Positions 13,095 through 25,000 of a DNA stretch of 64,000 nt are shown here, in pieces; position 1 is the first letter of the stretch, and each line of letters opens with the position of its first letter. The stretch lies in the NCBI GenBank assembly GCA_014905635.1, contig JABVCE010000011.1, forward strand, positions 620,001 through 684,000, written 5' to 3'. The notes under the pieces were generated by a model. It worked only from the letters and a program-made list of their open reading frames with translations. It ran no database searches and was not told the origin of the DNA. The stretch comes from Scenedesmus sp. PABB004. Lineage: Eukaryota. The position numbers and the translations under genes were made by a program.

Positions 13095-15792
13095 ATGGCG
13101 GACCGCCAAGACGTGGAGGAGCCGCTCCTGGCCGGGGGCGCGCCGGAGGCAGCGGCAGGCGAGGCCGCGCCCGCACGCGCCGCCGCTCGCGGGCGCCGCC
13201 GCTGCGCGCGCGCCGCCCGCCGCGCCGACCGCCCGTTCACGCGCCGCCGCCGCGCAGGCGAGCCCAATGGCACCCCGGGCACGCCGCTCGTGGGCGACCA
13301 CGACTGGGTGGACTCGGCGCTCGACGAGGACGAGGCCCGCGTGCGCAGCTTCGTCGCGCACAAGCGCACCGACCACAAGCAGAGCGCCTGGTACCAGACG
13401 ACGACCGCGCTGCTCTCGCTGCAGCTCGGCTGGGGCCTCTGGTGCGCGCCCGCGCCCGCGCCGGCGCGCGCCAGGCCGCGCGCCGCCGCGCCGCGCCTCG
13501 TCGCCCCGGCGGCGCGCGCGCAGAGCCCCAGGACGCCCCCGCCCGCCCGCTGCCCCGCGCAGGCTCTTTCCCCACAGCTTTGCCCGGCTCGGCTGGATCC
13601 CCTCCCTGAGTGCGCCGCGGCGCGGCCCGCTCGCTCGCGCGCGTGCTCGCGCACGCCGCGCCAGCGCGCTCACCCGCCCCGCGCGCGCTCCCGCGCCCGC
13701 GCGCAGCCATCACGGTGCTGCTGGCCGTCGGCACTGCGTATTCTGGGTCGCTCTACTCGCGCCTCTTCCTCGCCGTGCCCAGCACGGGTGCGGCGCGCCC
13801 GCCGCCGCCGGCGCCCGCACCGCGCGGCCGCGCCGCGCCGCGCCGTGCCCGCGCTGCGTCGCCGCGCTGCGCTCGTGAGCTTGCCGTGCTGCGCCCTTGC
13901 CCACCCCCCCCCCCGCGCGCGCCCGCAGTGCTGTTTGGTGACGTCGGCGCCGCGGCGGCGGGGCCGCGCGGGCGGCAGGTGGTTTACGCCATCATCTACT
14001 CGCTCGACGCGACGCGCTGCATCATCCTGCACCTCGCGGCCACGCAGTCGCTGCAGCACGCGCTCGGCGACGCCGCGCCGCCGATGTGGCAGTGCGGCCT
14101 CGCAGTGCTCGTGCTCGCCGCGGCCGCGACGCAGGTCCGCGCCCCGCGCGCCGCCACTTGCGTTGCACGCCACACGCTGCCGCGCACCGCGCGCCGTCCG
14201 CGCTCCTCCGCCGCCGCGCGCGCACCACACGCGCGCTCCGCACGCGCCACCCACGCACACGCACACCCGCCCGCCCGCGCGCGCCCGCCCCCGCCCCCGC
14301 CCCCGCCCCCGCCCCCGCCCCCGCCCCCCCCCGCCCCCGCCCCCGCCCCCGCGCAGGTGCGCGCGCTGTCGCAGCTCAGCTGGTTCTTCCTCACCGGCAC
14401 GGTCGCGCAGCTCGTGGCGATCGGCATCGTCGTCTACGAGCTGCTCTCAGACCCCGACCCGGCCGCAAAGACCGAGCTCGTGCGCGCGAGCGGGCACTAC
14501 GAGCGCCAGGTGACGCGGCGGAGACGTCGCGCGCGCGCGCGGCGCCGCCGCCGCCCGCCGCCGCCCCGCCACGCGCTCACGCCCGCCGCCGCCGCCGCCG
14601 CCGCCCCACTGCCGCCGCCAGTTTGTGGCCTTGTTCAGCATGGTCTTCGCCTTCGGCGGCCAGGCGAGCGGCAGCGCCCGCCCCCCGCCCCCGCCCCCCC
14701 CCTGCCGCCGCCGCGCCGCTCGCTTCCGCCCGCCGCGCCGCTCGCTTCCGCCCGCCGCGCCCGCTCAACCCTCCCCGCCGCCGCCGCCGCCGCCGCCACT
14801 CCCTGCCGGCACACACATCACACATCACACATCACGCATCATCATCTCATCATCCTCATATTATTGATTGCAGTTTGCGTTCACGGAGCTCATGACCGAC
14901 ATGCGCCGCCCGTCCGAGTTCCCCAAGGCCATCAGCGTGTGCACGGTCATCATGTCGACCCTCTACGCCGCCCTCGGCTCCGCGGGCTACTGGTCAAAGG
15001 GCCTCGACGTCGCCGACATCGTGCGCGCGCGCAGCGCGGCGCGCGCCCGGCGCAGCGCAGCGCGCCGCGGCGGCGGCTCGGCGGGGCGCGTCCGCGGACG
15101 CAGCGGTGGGAGCGCGGCCGACCGCGCCGCGCCGCGCCCGCCGCTCTCGCCGCGCCGCAGGTCATCTTCAGCCTGGGTGAGAGCGCGCTCGCGCGCGTCG
15201 CGGCGGGCTGCATCCTCATCCAGGCGCTGGCGCAGCAGCTGGTGAACATCCACGTCTGGTGCCACAGCCTGCTGGTGCTGCTCGGCCGCGCGACGGGGCA
15301 CAAGCAGTCGGCGAGCGCGCGCTCCGCGTTTGAGCACGACCGCTGGCGCTGGCTCGCCGCGAGCCTCTTCGTCGTCACCTACAGCTGGCTCATCTCGGTG
15401 TCCCTCCCCTACTTCAGCAGGCGCGCGCCGCCGGCGGGGCGCCGGCTGTCGCAGCAGCACGGCGCCGCCGCGCCGCCCGCGCCCCGCCCGCGCCCCGCCC
15501 ACGCCCACGCCCACGCCTCCTGCCGCGCCCCGCGCCGGCGCCGCCATGCACGCGCGCGCGCAGCCTCGTGGGCATCCTCGCGTCGGCGACGTACCTCGCG
15601 TGCGCCTACACGCTGCCCTGCTACTTTGCGACCGTGCTGCTGCGCAGCGTGATGGGCCGCGCGGAGCTCGCGCTCTGTTACGCGCTCATCCCGCTCAGCC
15701 TCTGCCTCTCGGCGGCGGGCATGGCGAGCAGCATCTCGGCGCTCGTGCAGGACATCCGGGCGCACGGCAGCGGCTTCGGCCCGCCCGTGTGA
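13095..15792 (+). CDS. Amino acid transporter, AAAP/Aa_trans family; multi-exon
   Basis: Hydrophobic exons AWYQTTTALLSLQLGWGLW, LFPHSFARLGWIP, VALFSMVFAFGGQ-FAFTELMTDMRRPSEFPKAI, LPYFS-SLVGILAS..YTLPC. Confidence 0.85.
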
Positions 15793-16192
15793 GGGGGGAG
15801 CGCCGCGGCGCCGGGCGGCGGCGGGCCGGGGGCGGGCGTGTCGTGCACTGCGAACCTCTGCACCCGCGATGGCGTGTCATGTCATGCATGTAGATTGCGC
15901 CAGCCACGGCGCCGCGCCGCCACGCCGCCGCGGCCGCGGCGGCCAAGAGTTTTTGCTTTGCAGGTGCGCCAGGGCACGCCGTTGAAGTTGCCGGGCTGCG
16001 TCTGGCACCAGGCAGCACTCTCTAACGGCGCCAGCACCCCACATGCGGCCGCCCTCTACTCCCGGGGGAGGCGGCGCGGGGCGGGTCAGGATGGTCAGGA
16101 TGGTCGGGAGCGGTGGGTCGAGCTGTGGGTTCAGTAGCATGCACGCGGCCGGGGGATCAACGCAACGCGCGGACTCAGGACGCATGGGGCTG

Positions 16193-16641
16193 GGCGGCGG
16201 CGCTGGAACCAGCTCCGCTGGTGCCTGGTTCCAGGCGGGACCGCGGGTGACGCAGCCGCCGCCGCTGAGCGCGCGCTGCAACGACGCAGCACGGGCCGCC
16301 TCCGGCTGGCAGCGGAGCAGCTCGGCGCGCTCGCCCGAGGCGCGCAGCCGCCGCGGCCGCGTGCGCCGCGCGCGCGCGCGGCAACCACCACCAACTGCTT
16401 ACACCGGGCGCCCTCAGGGCCCAGGCAGCCGGTGGCTGCAGCCCCTCTCCCCGCACGCGGGTGTCTCACAGCTCGCCGCGCAGCAGCGCCGCCGGGTCGG
16501 CGAGCACCAGGTCGAGCGCGTCGTCCGCCCAGCCCACGCGGCCGCAGAGGCCCTCCCAGCGCCCCTGCAGCTCGCCGTCGTCCAGGCACAGCAGCCGCGG
16601 CTCGCGCAGCACGCACTCGCCCGCCACGCGCCGGCCCACGC
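16193..16641 (-). repeat. Inverted duplication arm B (orphan copy of the mTERF 3' end, with stop codon and TGTAA signal)
   Basis: Matches 12211-12663. The coding part looks identical by eye; the flank has small indels. Confidence 0.9.
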
Positions 16642-16826
16642 GCAGCCCGCCGCGGACCCCCGCAGGCCGCTGCAGGCACCGTAGCGCCTGGGCGCCGCCT
16701 GCTTATTGCTACCCCATCCTGCACAGCCGGGCGGGCACGTCACAGCGCCCCCTCCCCACAGGTGATTTGCATCGCGAGCCGCAGCGCTGTGCAGTCTGCC
16801 TCCGCCGCGCGCCGCGCCGCGCGCGC

Positions 16827-19002
16827 TCACTGCGCGGCGGCCGGCGCGCCCGCTTCCGCCGCCGCCGCCGCGCCGCTCGCGCTGCTGGGGTTGCTGAACG
16901 CGGTGGTAAGCCTCCAGTCGCCCTCGCCGCGCTCCTCGCTCGTGTGGCGGCGGAGCGCCTGCTTGAGCACCCAGCTCTCGCGCCGCTCCACCGCCGCGCC
17001 AGCGCCGCCGGCCGCGCCCGCGGGCGACAGCGCGACCTGCGGGAGCGGCCGCGAGGCTGCGCGTGGGCCCCGGGCGGCAACGGGGGCCGGCCGGCAGGGG
17101 CAGGCGGCGCGGCCGGGCGCCCCGAGCGGGGCGCGCGCACAGCGCCCGCCCCCCACCTTGTCTGCCTTGCCGGCCTGCGCCGCCGCCGGCGCGGGCGCCG
17201 CGCCGCAGGCGCTCGTCGCGAGCGCCGCGGCCTCGGGGGCGGCGGGCGCAACGCCGGCGGCGGGCGGCTCGGCGCCAGCCACCCCGGCCAGGGCCTCCCT
17301 GACCGCGGGCACGGAGGCGTAGTGCGCGGGCGCGTGGCCGGCCTGGCGGGCGTGCGTGCGGCGTCGCCGCGGCGTCAACGGGGCGGCAGAGCAGCCCCCG
17401 GCGACGCGGCCAGGAGCGCCCGCCCTTCCCCGCACATGGCGCAGCGCCGCACCTCGTCGACGGCCGCGGGGTCGGCGCCCGCCGCCAGCAGCGCGCGCAC
17501 CATGCCGGCCTGCGCGCCGGCGTCACACATCACACACTTTACGGCCAGGTGCAGCGCGGTGCTGCCGTCCTGTGCGGGCGGGCGGACGGCGCGGCGGGGG
17601 TCAGGCTGCGCCGCTCGCAGCGCGGCCCCGCGCGGCGGCGGCCGCGCCCCTCCGTGCTGCGCCCCTCACCGCGTCGCGCGCGCCCAGGTCGCCGGCCTGG
17701 CGCGCCGCCAGCAGCTCCACCAGCGCGGCGCGGCCGCACAGCGCTGCGGTGTGCAGCGCGGTGCGGCCGCGGCCGTTGGCGGCGGCCTGGCTCGCGGCGC
17801 CGGCCTCGGTGGCCAGCAGCAGGCGCGCGAGGGCGATGTTGCCAGACACCGCCGCGGCGTGCAGCGGCGTGTTGCCGGCCTGCGCCGAGCGAGGCGGCAC
17901 GCGGGCGCCGGCGGTGGCTGGGCGGGGGCGCGTGGCGGCAAGCGAGGAGCACGCTTGCCGGGAAGCAGGCAGGCAGGCAGGCAGGCAGGCAGGGGCCGCG
18001 TGTCGGACGCGGCGGCCGGCGCACCGCGTCGGCCGCCGCGGGGTCTGCGCCGAGGCGGACCAGGTGCTCTGCCACGCCCTCGCCGCCCTCGGCCAGGCTG
18101 CAGGCGAGCGCGAGCGGCGTCCGTCCCTCGGCGTCGGGCGACCGCGCGGCCGCCGCGGCGTCGAGGCGCGGCGCGAGCGCGAGCAGCACGGCGAGGTGCC
18201 CGAACCGCGCCGCCGCGTGGAGCGGCGTGGTGCCCTCCTGGGCCGCGCGGCGGCGGCGGCCGCGCGCACGGTGAGCGCGTGGCGCCCGCGGCGAGCACTG
18301 CACCGGGCGCGGCGCGGGGACGGCGCGCAGCAAGGGCGGCCCTGCCACTTCTGCCAGCTCACCCACGCGGCAGCGGGGTCCGCCTTGTGCGCCAGCAGCA
18401 GCTCCACGACCTCGCCGTGCCCGCGCGCGGCCGCCGCCAGCAGCGGCCTGCCGCCCCCCGCCTGCGCGCTTGCAGGCGGCAACGGCGGCAGCAAGGTGGG
18501 CGGCCAGCACCGCGCCGCACGGGGGAGGCCTGCCTTTGCCGCGCCGCGCGGCGCGGCGCGCGCGCACCCGGTTGACGTCCGCGCCCGCCGCGACCAGCGC
18601 CGCCACGCAGCCCAGGTGGCCCTCCTCGCAGGCCAGCTGCAGCGCGCTCTGTGGATTCGGGCGCGTTGCAACGTTGCCGGGTCGGGGCGCTGCCGGCCGC
18701 GCGGGCCACCGCCGCGCGGCGCCGGCGGCGCAGCAGCGGCGTGCGCGCGCGCCGCCGCCGCCGCACCGTGCGTCCGAGGCGCTTTGGGTCGGGCGCCGCG
18801 CCCGACCGCAGGAGCTTGGCCAGGCGCTTCTCGTCGCCGGCGCTGGCGGCCCGGCGCAGCGCGTCCTCCTGCGGGCGGCGCGCAGCAGACGCAATAACGT
18901 CGACCCCCCCGCGCCGCCCCGCCCGCGCCGCTGGCGGCTCGCTGGCACGCCGACGACGTGCAGTGGCTCCTTAGGAATGCCACCGCGGAGGGCGCCGGGC
19001 AT
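16827..19002 (-). CDS. Ankyrin-repeat protein (about 6-7 repeats); start codon uncertain
   Basis: SALQLACEEGHLGCVAALVAAGADVN, GTTPLHAAARFGH, GRTPLALAC, GNTPLHAAAVSGN, GRTALHTAALCG, DGSTALHLAV. Confidence 0.8.
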
Positions 19003-19451
19003 GGGCGTCCCGCTGCCGGCCGGCAGCCGGCCTCCCGCGCCGCACCTTGCCGAAGCGGAGCCACATGGCGCCCGGAGGTCTGGGGGTCTGAGGAGCGGTT
19101 TTTCGTGACTGTCGAGGGAGCGGGAACGCATTGAGAGGCGTCGCCGGCCCCGCGTGTGTGCCAGCGGCGGCGGTCAGCAGAAGTGAACCACCACCGCGCC
19201 GCGGCGGCGAAGCGACCGGCGCCCACGTACCCGCGCTGTCGGTGCTCGGGCTTTTCGACACAGCGCGCTGGACGGGTGCAGCGCGGCGACCGGCGCCCTG
19301 CGCGGCCGCGTGGGCAGCGCGCCCGCCGCCGCGCTCCGGGCCAGCCGCCGCCCCGCCAGCGACCGCCGCCAGGCCACGGCACCTCCCCCAGCGCCACGCA
19401 TGGCAGCAGGCGACCGCCAGCTCAGCCTGCCCGTCCTGGCGCGGGCCCGCC

Positions 19452-19467
19452 GCGGCTTAAGCCCTGC
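19452..19467 (+). promoter_or_regulatory. Conserved upstream motif GCGGYTTRARCCYCTGC of the F-box/LRR-like family (representative copy)
   Basis: Related motif about 90-125 nt upstream of the ATG in copies 1-5: 3604-3620 (also 3496), 19452, 34894-34910(-), 49575-49591(-), 61926-61942(-). Function inferred. Confidence 0.45.
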
Positions 19468-19575
19468 GCTGCCGCCGCGCCACGCGACGCAGCCGCCCGC
19501 GCGCGCCGCGCACAGCCCACTCCACACCCGCGCCCCAGCAGCGCTCCGACGCCCCGCACCGGCCCAGGAGGCGCC

Positions 19576-21603
19576 ATGGCGGCCAGCTCGCGCGCCCGGC
19601 GCGGCGCGGCGCCGCCGCCCGACGGCGACGGAGCGAGCCCGCTGCTGCGGGCGCTCGCAGCGCTGGACGACGGCGTGTGGGCGGAGGCGCTGCTGCCCAA
19701 GCTGCGGGCGGACGCCGGCAGCGCGCCCGCGTTCGCGCTGGCCTGCAGGGGGGCGCGGCGGCTCGTGCAGAGCAGCGCGCCGGCGCTGTCGCTCATCGCC
19801 GCCGACTGCGCGCACGCGGCCCCGCTGGCGCGCCTGGAGCAGCGCTTCACCGGCTGCAGCGAGGTGGCCTTCGCCCTGACCAGTCCCGGCGACGCCGGCG
19901 CGCCGCTGGCAACGCTGCTGCCCGCGCTCGCGAGGTGAGCAGCGCGGCGTCCGGCGCGCGCGGTCGGCCGGGGCGTGTCGGTGTCTTGCGCGTGGCGCGC
20001 GTGTGTGCGGCAAGCAGCAGCTTGCAGGGGACTGCACGCGAAGGGCGGCTCACCAGCCACGCACCCGCCCCGCCCACCCGCCCGCCGCTCGTGCAGGCTG
20101 CCGCGGCTCACGTCGCTGCGCCTGGACGCGGCGGCCAGCGCCGCCGCCAGCGAGCCGGCAGCCATGGCGGGTATGCTTGGCTTTGTACAGTTTGCGCTGC
20201 CAGGCCTGCGGTCGCTGGATCTGACCCTGAGCAGCAGCTGGGAGGCCAGCGACGCCGCGTGGCGGGCGGTCGGCCTGGCCACGCAGCTCACGCGCGTCGC
20301 AGTGCGCTTCGACCTGGGCGAGCACCCAACCGTCACGCTGAGCCACCTCTCGGCGCTGACCGCCATCAGCGGCCTGGCGAGCCTCGCTGTTGGAGGGGGC
20401 ACTCTGCGCGGCGCGCAGCACTACGGCTTCCTGGCCGGCCTCCCGGCGCTCACAGAGCTCAAGCTGCCCCTGGTGTGCGACCACCCCGGCCTGTCCGCCA
20501 TCGGCGCCTGCACAGGCCTGCGCAGCCTTGCGTTTGCGGTGCATCCCAGCGTTGATCATGACAGCGGCACCCTTGTCCGGCCGGCGCTGGTCGAAGCCGA
20601 GTGCGCGGCGCTCGCGCGGTGCACGCGGCTCACCGCCCTGATCATCTCGGTGGACCAAGGCTCCGACCCGCACCTCCTGGCGGCGCTGGCGGCGATGACA
20701 GGCCTGCAGGAGGTCTCCATCCACCAGCTGTCGCGCGCCTCGCTGCCGTGCCTGGCCAGCTTGAGCCAGCTCACCTACCTGGAGGGCAGCTGGGTGGAGG
20801 GCGCCGGCGGCGGGGCCGGCGGTGCCAGCGCAGCCTGCCCGTCGTTGGTTCAGCTGTGCGGCAGTGGCCCGGTGCCACTTGAGGCTTTCCCCAGCCTGCG
20901 AAGCGTGATGCAGCGCGGCGCATGGCCGCCTGCCACGCTGCGGGCGTTGGCCTCGCACTGCAGCGAGCTGACGGCGCTGAAGATAGTCACGTGCGAATGC
21001 TGGGCGGGGCCCAGCTTTGAGGCCGGCGCCAGCGCCCAGGCGGAGCGCGTGGCTGCGCTGCGCGGCCTGGCCGACCTCAGGGAGCTGCACGCGGTGGGTC
21101 TGTCAGCCAGCGACGACGCGGAGGTGGCGGCGCTGGCCGCGGCGACACAGGTCACCGCCCTGATCCTGCGCGTGCCGGAGGGGAGCGCGTGCACGCCTGC
21201 CGGGCTGATGGCCCTGGCGCGCATGACCTGGCTGTGCGATGTCCGGCTGGAGCTGTTTGGGCTCGAGCTGGCGGCTGAGGACACGGCGGCGTGGCTGCGC
21301 GCGCTGCATTTTGTGCGGGACGTGCACGTGTCGGTGACGGACGAGGGCCACCGCGCGGTGTGGGGGAGCGCGGCGGCGGCGGCGCGCGCGCCTGGCGCGG
21401 CGCCTGGCTGGTTCGCGGTGAAAGTGGTGCGGCCTACGCCCACGCCATGGCCGTTGCCGGCCGGCGGTGCCTCGTCTGACGAGGAGGGGGGCAGCGACGG
21501 GTCGGCTTCAGGCAGCGAGGACGAGTCGGAGGAGTCGTCTGAGTCGGAGTCGTCCGAGTCGGAGTCGTCCGAGTCGGAAGACTCTGCTCTGGGCGGCGGC
21601 TAG
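19576..21603 (+). CDS. F-box-like/LRR-like family copy 2 (intact, 2 exons, acidic Ser/Glu tail)
   Basis: Exon 1 19576-19934, GT-AG intron 19935-20096, exon 2 20097-21603 open to TAG. Confidence 0.8.
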
Positions 21604-22085
21604 CCTCAGGCTCTCTTGCGCGCGCTGGTGGGTCGGGTGGGGCGGTCGGCGGCGGCCCGTTGGGGCTGTGCGGTGCTCGCGTGCTTGCTGCGTGTGGTCG
21701 GCGTGCTGCGCGTGCGGCCGCCCGTGCCGCGCGTGGCAGCCTGGCGCGCGTGCCCCAGGCCGGTGCCGCAGTTGCTGTTGCAAAGGCGTTGCTGCTGCGC
21801 CCCCAAGTGCATGGCGAGCTGCCGTGCCGACCGCGGCCGGGCGAGCGCGCTGCGAGCGAGGCCAGCGCGCCCCCCGTGCTGCGCGCGCCAGCCGCCAGCG
21901 ACCGCCGCCGGGCTACAGGCACAGCTGCAGGTCCCCACAGGGGCCGTCGGCAGCGGCAGGCCCGCGCACCCGTCGTGCTGCGCACCGCCGCCGCCAGCAG
22001 CCGCCGCCAGCAGCGGCCGCCGGCCCAAGGGTCACAATCACACGGAGCGGGGCCCCGGCTCGCTAACCGCCCGCCGCGGCGTGGC

Positions 22086-25000
22086 TCACGCGCCGCCGCC
22101 GCCGCCGCCGCCGGCGCCGGCGGCGAGCGCGCGGTCCAGCGCGGGCAGAACCTCGTCCAGGCTGACCACGGCCAGGCGGTCGTAGAGCTGGCTTGCGAGG
22201 CGCTGGTAGCGCGGGAGCACCTCGTCCAGCCGCTCCAGGCGCGCGCGCAGCTCCGCGTGCTGGCTGACCGCCGCCTGCACGCTGCCCGCGCCGACCGCGG
22301 CGAGCATCGCCCGCAGCGCGGCGCCCGCGTCGCCGTCGTCGCCGCCGCCGCCGGCACCCGCGCGCGGCGGGCGGCGCGCCGGTGAGCGCGGCGCGGCGGC
22401 GGCCGCCAGCTCCGCGGCCGCCAGGCGCACCTTGGACGGCGGCCTGCGCGGCAGCGGCGCTCAGCGCGCGGCGCAGCGCGGGCGCGGGTGCCGCCCCTCC
22501 GCCCCGCCGCGCGCGCGGCGCAAGCGCGCGCGGCGCCGCTCACGCGTCGGCGCCCGCGACGAGCTCCCCGATCGCCGCCATCGCCGCGCCGGGGCCCGCG
22601 TCGGGCGGCAGCGCCAGCAGGCTCGCTGCGGCGCGGAAGAAGTTTTGCAGCTCGCATTGGCGCACGTACACCTGAGAGCGCGACGTGCGTGCGGGGCGTC
22701 GAGCGCGCGGGGCGGCGCGGGCGCACGGGGCGGCGTGCACGCGGGGCGGCGCGGGCTTGGCGAGGGCGTGGCGAGGGCGCAGGCGCACGGGCCGGCGGCG
22801 GCGCACCCGGTTCATCGTCGCTGAGAGGCCCTCCAGCTGCGGCACGTCAAACAGGCGCTGCGCCTGCGCGACGAGCGACGCGAGGAAGCCCTCGGGGTGG
22901 GAGGCCATGAGTCCCTTGGCCGCCGCCACGACGTCGCCCGCCGCGACCGCCTCCGCCTCCACCGAAAGCAAGCCCTGCACGCCCGACACCAGGCCCGCCG
23001 CGACGCGGCGCAGCTCCACCGGCGCCATCGGCGCGCCCGGCGGCGCTATGGGCGGCGGCGGCGCGGCGTCGCCGCCCGGCGGCGCGCAGCGCTGCGCGAG
23101 CAGCTCCTGCAGCTCCGCCGCGAGCTGGCGCAGCTGCTCGCCCTGCTGCAGCAGCGCGACCCAGTGGCTCAGCACCTGCGCGCGGAGCGGCGCCCGCGGC
23201 GCGTGGGCGCATGGGCGCGTGGGCGCGTGGACGCGCGGGCGCGGGCGCGCCGCGCCGCGCGTCGCGCTCTGGCGCTGAGCCCACACCTGCGGCACTGAGC
23301 CCGGGTTCATCGCCTGCTGCGCCGCCTCTGGCACAAACGCGAGCCCACGCTGGAAGCACGCCTCGCACACCTGCGGGGAAGGGGCGGCGGCGGCGCCGGC
23401 CGCTCGCGCCGGGGCGCGCGGGAGGGGCCGGGCAGACGGTCGGGGCGGGCTGGGCGGCGGCCGCGCGCGCGCCACCGACCTGCGCAACAAACGCCTCCAG
23501 CCGCGGGATGGCCGCCACGACCGCCGCGAGCTTGCGCAGGCTCGGCGCGAGCAGCGTGGCGTCTGCGAGGTCCAGCGCCACGCACGCGTCCTGCGGCCGC
23601 GGCACGCGCCCGGCGGCGCGGTGAAGCTCCGCCCGCGGCGCACGGCGGGCCGGCGCCGGGGCCGGCGGTCGAGGCGGCGGCCGCCCGCCCTGCCGCCGCG
23701 CCTGCCGCCAACGCGAGCGCACCTGCAGCAGCTCCACCAGCACGTCGCGCGGCCACTCCTCCACCACGCCCAGCCCCAGGCGGGCGACCGCGCGGTCGCG
23801 CTCGATCGCGGCGCGCGTGCCGCGCGCGTCGGCGCCGCCGCCGCCGCCCGCGGCGGCCGCGAGCGCCGCCTCGCCCGAGGCCGCGGCGCCGCCCGCGCCG
23901 GCCTGCGCGGCGCCGCGGCGGAGGCTGGCGATCTTTCGCTGCAGCAGGTCCACCTCACGCTTGAGCTGCCTGCGAGCGGGCGGCGGCGAGGCGCGGGGCG
24001 GCGGGTCGGCGGGATCGGCCGCGACCTGCAGCTGCGAACGGGAAGAGGGCGCGGCGGGGCAGAGCCTCGCGGCGGGCGCGTGGCCGCCGCCCCCGCCGTG
24101 CGCCGCGCGCGCCTGTGCTCCTGGTGCGTCGGCCGGCCCGCCAGCTCCTCCGCGAGCGCGTCGCCGTCGCTGCGCAGCGCCGCCGCGGCCGCCTCGCTCT
24201 CCGCCAGGCGCCGCGCCGCCTCGCGCAGCGCGGACGCCGCCTCGGCGCGCACGCTGCGGGCGCGGGCGGGCGGGTGGGGCGTCGGGGCGGGCGGGCGGGC
24301 CGCGCGCGCGCCGAGCGCCTGCTCCGGCCGCTCCGGCCGCGCACCCGCAGAGCTCGCGCGTCAGCTCCGCGACCTTGCGCTGCGCCGCCGCCGCGGCCGC
24401 GGGGTCGCCGAGCCCCGCGAGCGCCGCCGCGCCCTTGAGCCCCGCCGCCGCGCCCGCCGCCGCCGCGGCGCGGTCCTTGGCGATGATCAGATTCTGCGCG
24501 TCACGCAGCTGCCCCGCGAGCACGCGCACCTGCGGCGCGGCAGCGGCGGCCGTGGGCGGCGCTGCGCGGCGCGCGGGCGCCTCGGCGGCGGCCGCGCCCG
24601 CGCGGCGGAGGGAGGCGCGCTGCCGCCGCCCGCGCACCTCGGCCTTGGCCGCCGCGAGGTCGCGCTCGCGCTCCTCCTTCTGGGCCTCATAGAGGCCCAC
24701 CAGCTCCACGGGCCGCAGCTCCCGCGCCGCTGCCGCGACCACGCCCGCCGCGGCGCCGCCGGCGCGCTTGCTCGCAGCAAAGGCCTGGCGCAGGCGGGCA
24801 TACGCCGCCTTGTCGCGCGCGAGGCGGCGCTCCTCCTTGGACACCTGGCGGCGGGCGGTGGGCGACGCGGGCGACGCAGGCGTTGGTTGGGGTCGCAGCA
24901 CCGCGCCCCGCGCCCCGTGCGCTGCTGCGCCGCCGGGCACCTTGTCGGCCAGGCGCTCGCGCAGCGCGTCCGCCTCCTTCTCCCGCCGCGCGCTCGCGGC

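Noticed and set aside
14284..14350. (CCCCCG)n tract, plus the poly-C run near 38948-38976 and (CA)-rich tracts at 45240-45390
   Set aside because: Ordinary intronic simple repeats with no spacer structure, so not CRISPR-like. G-quadruplex potential is unremarkable at this GC level.
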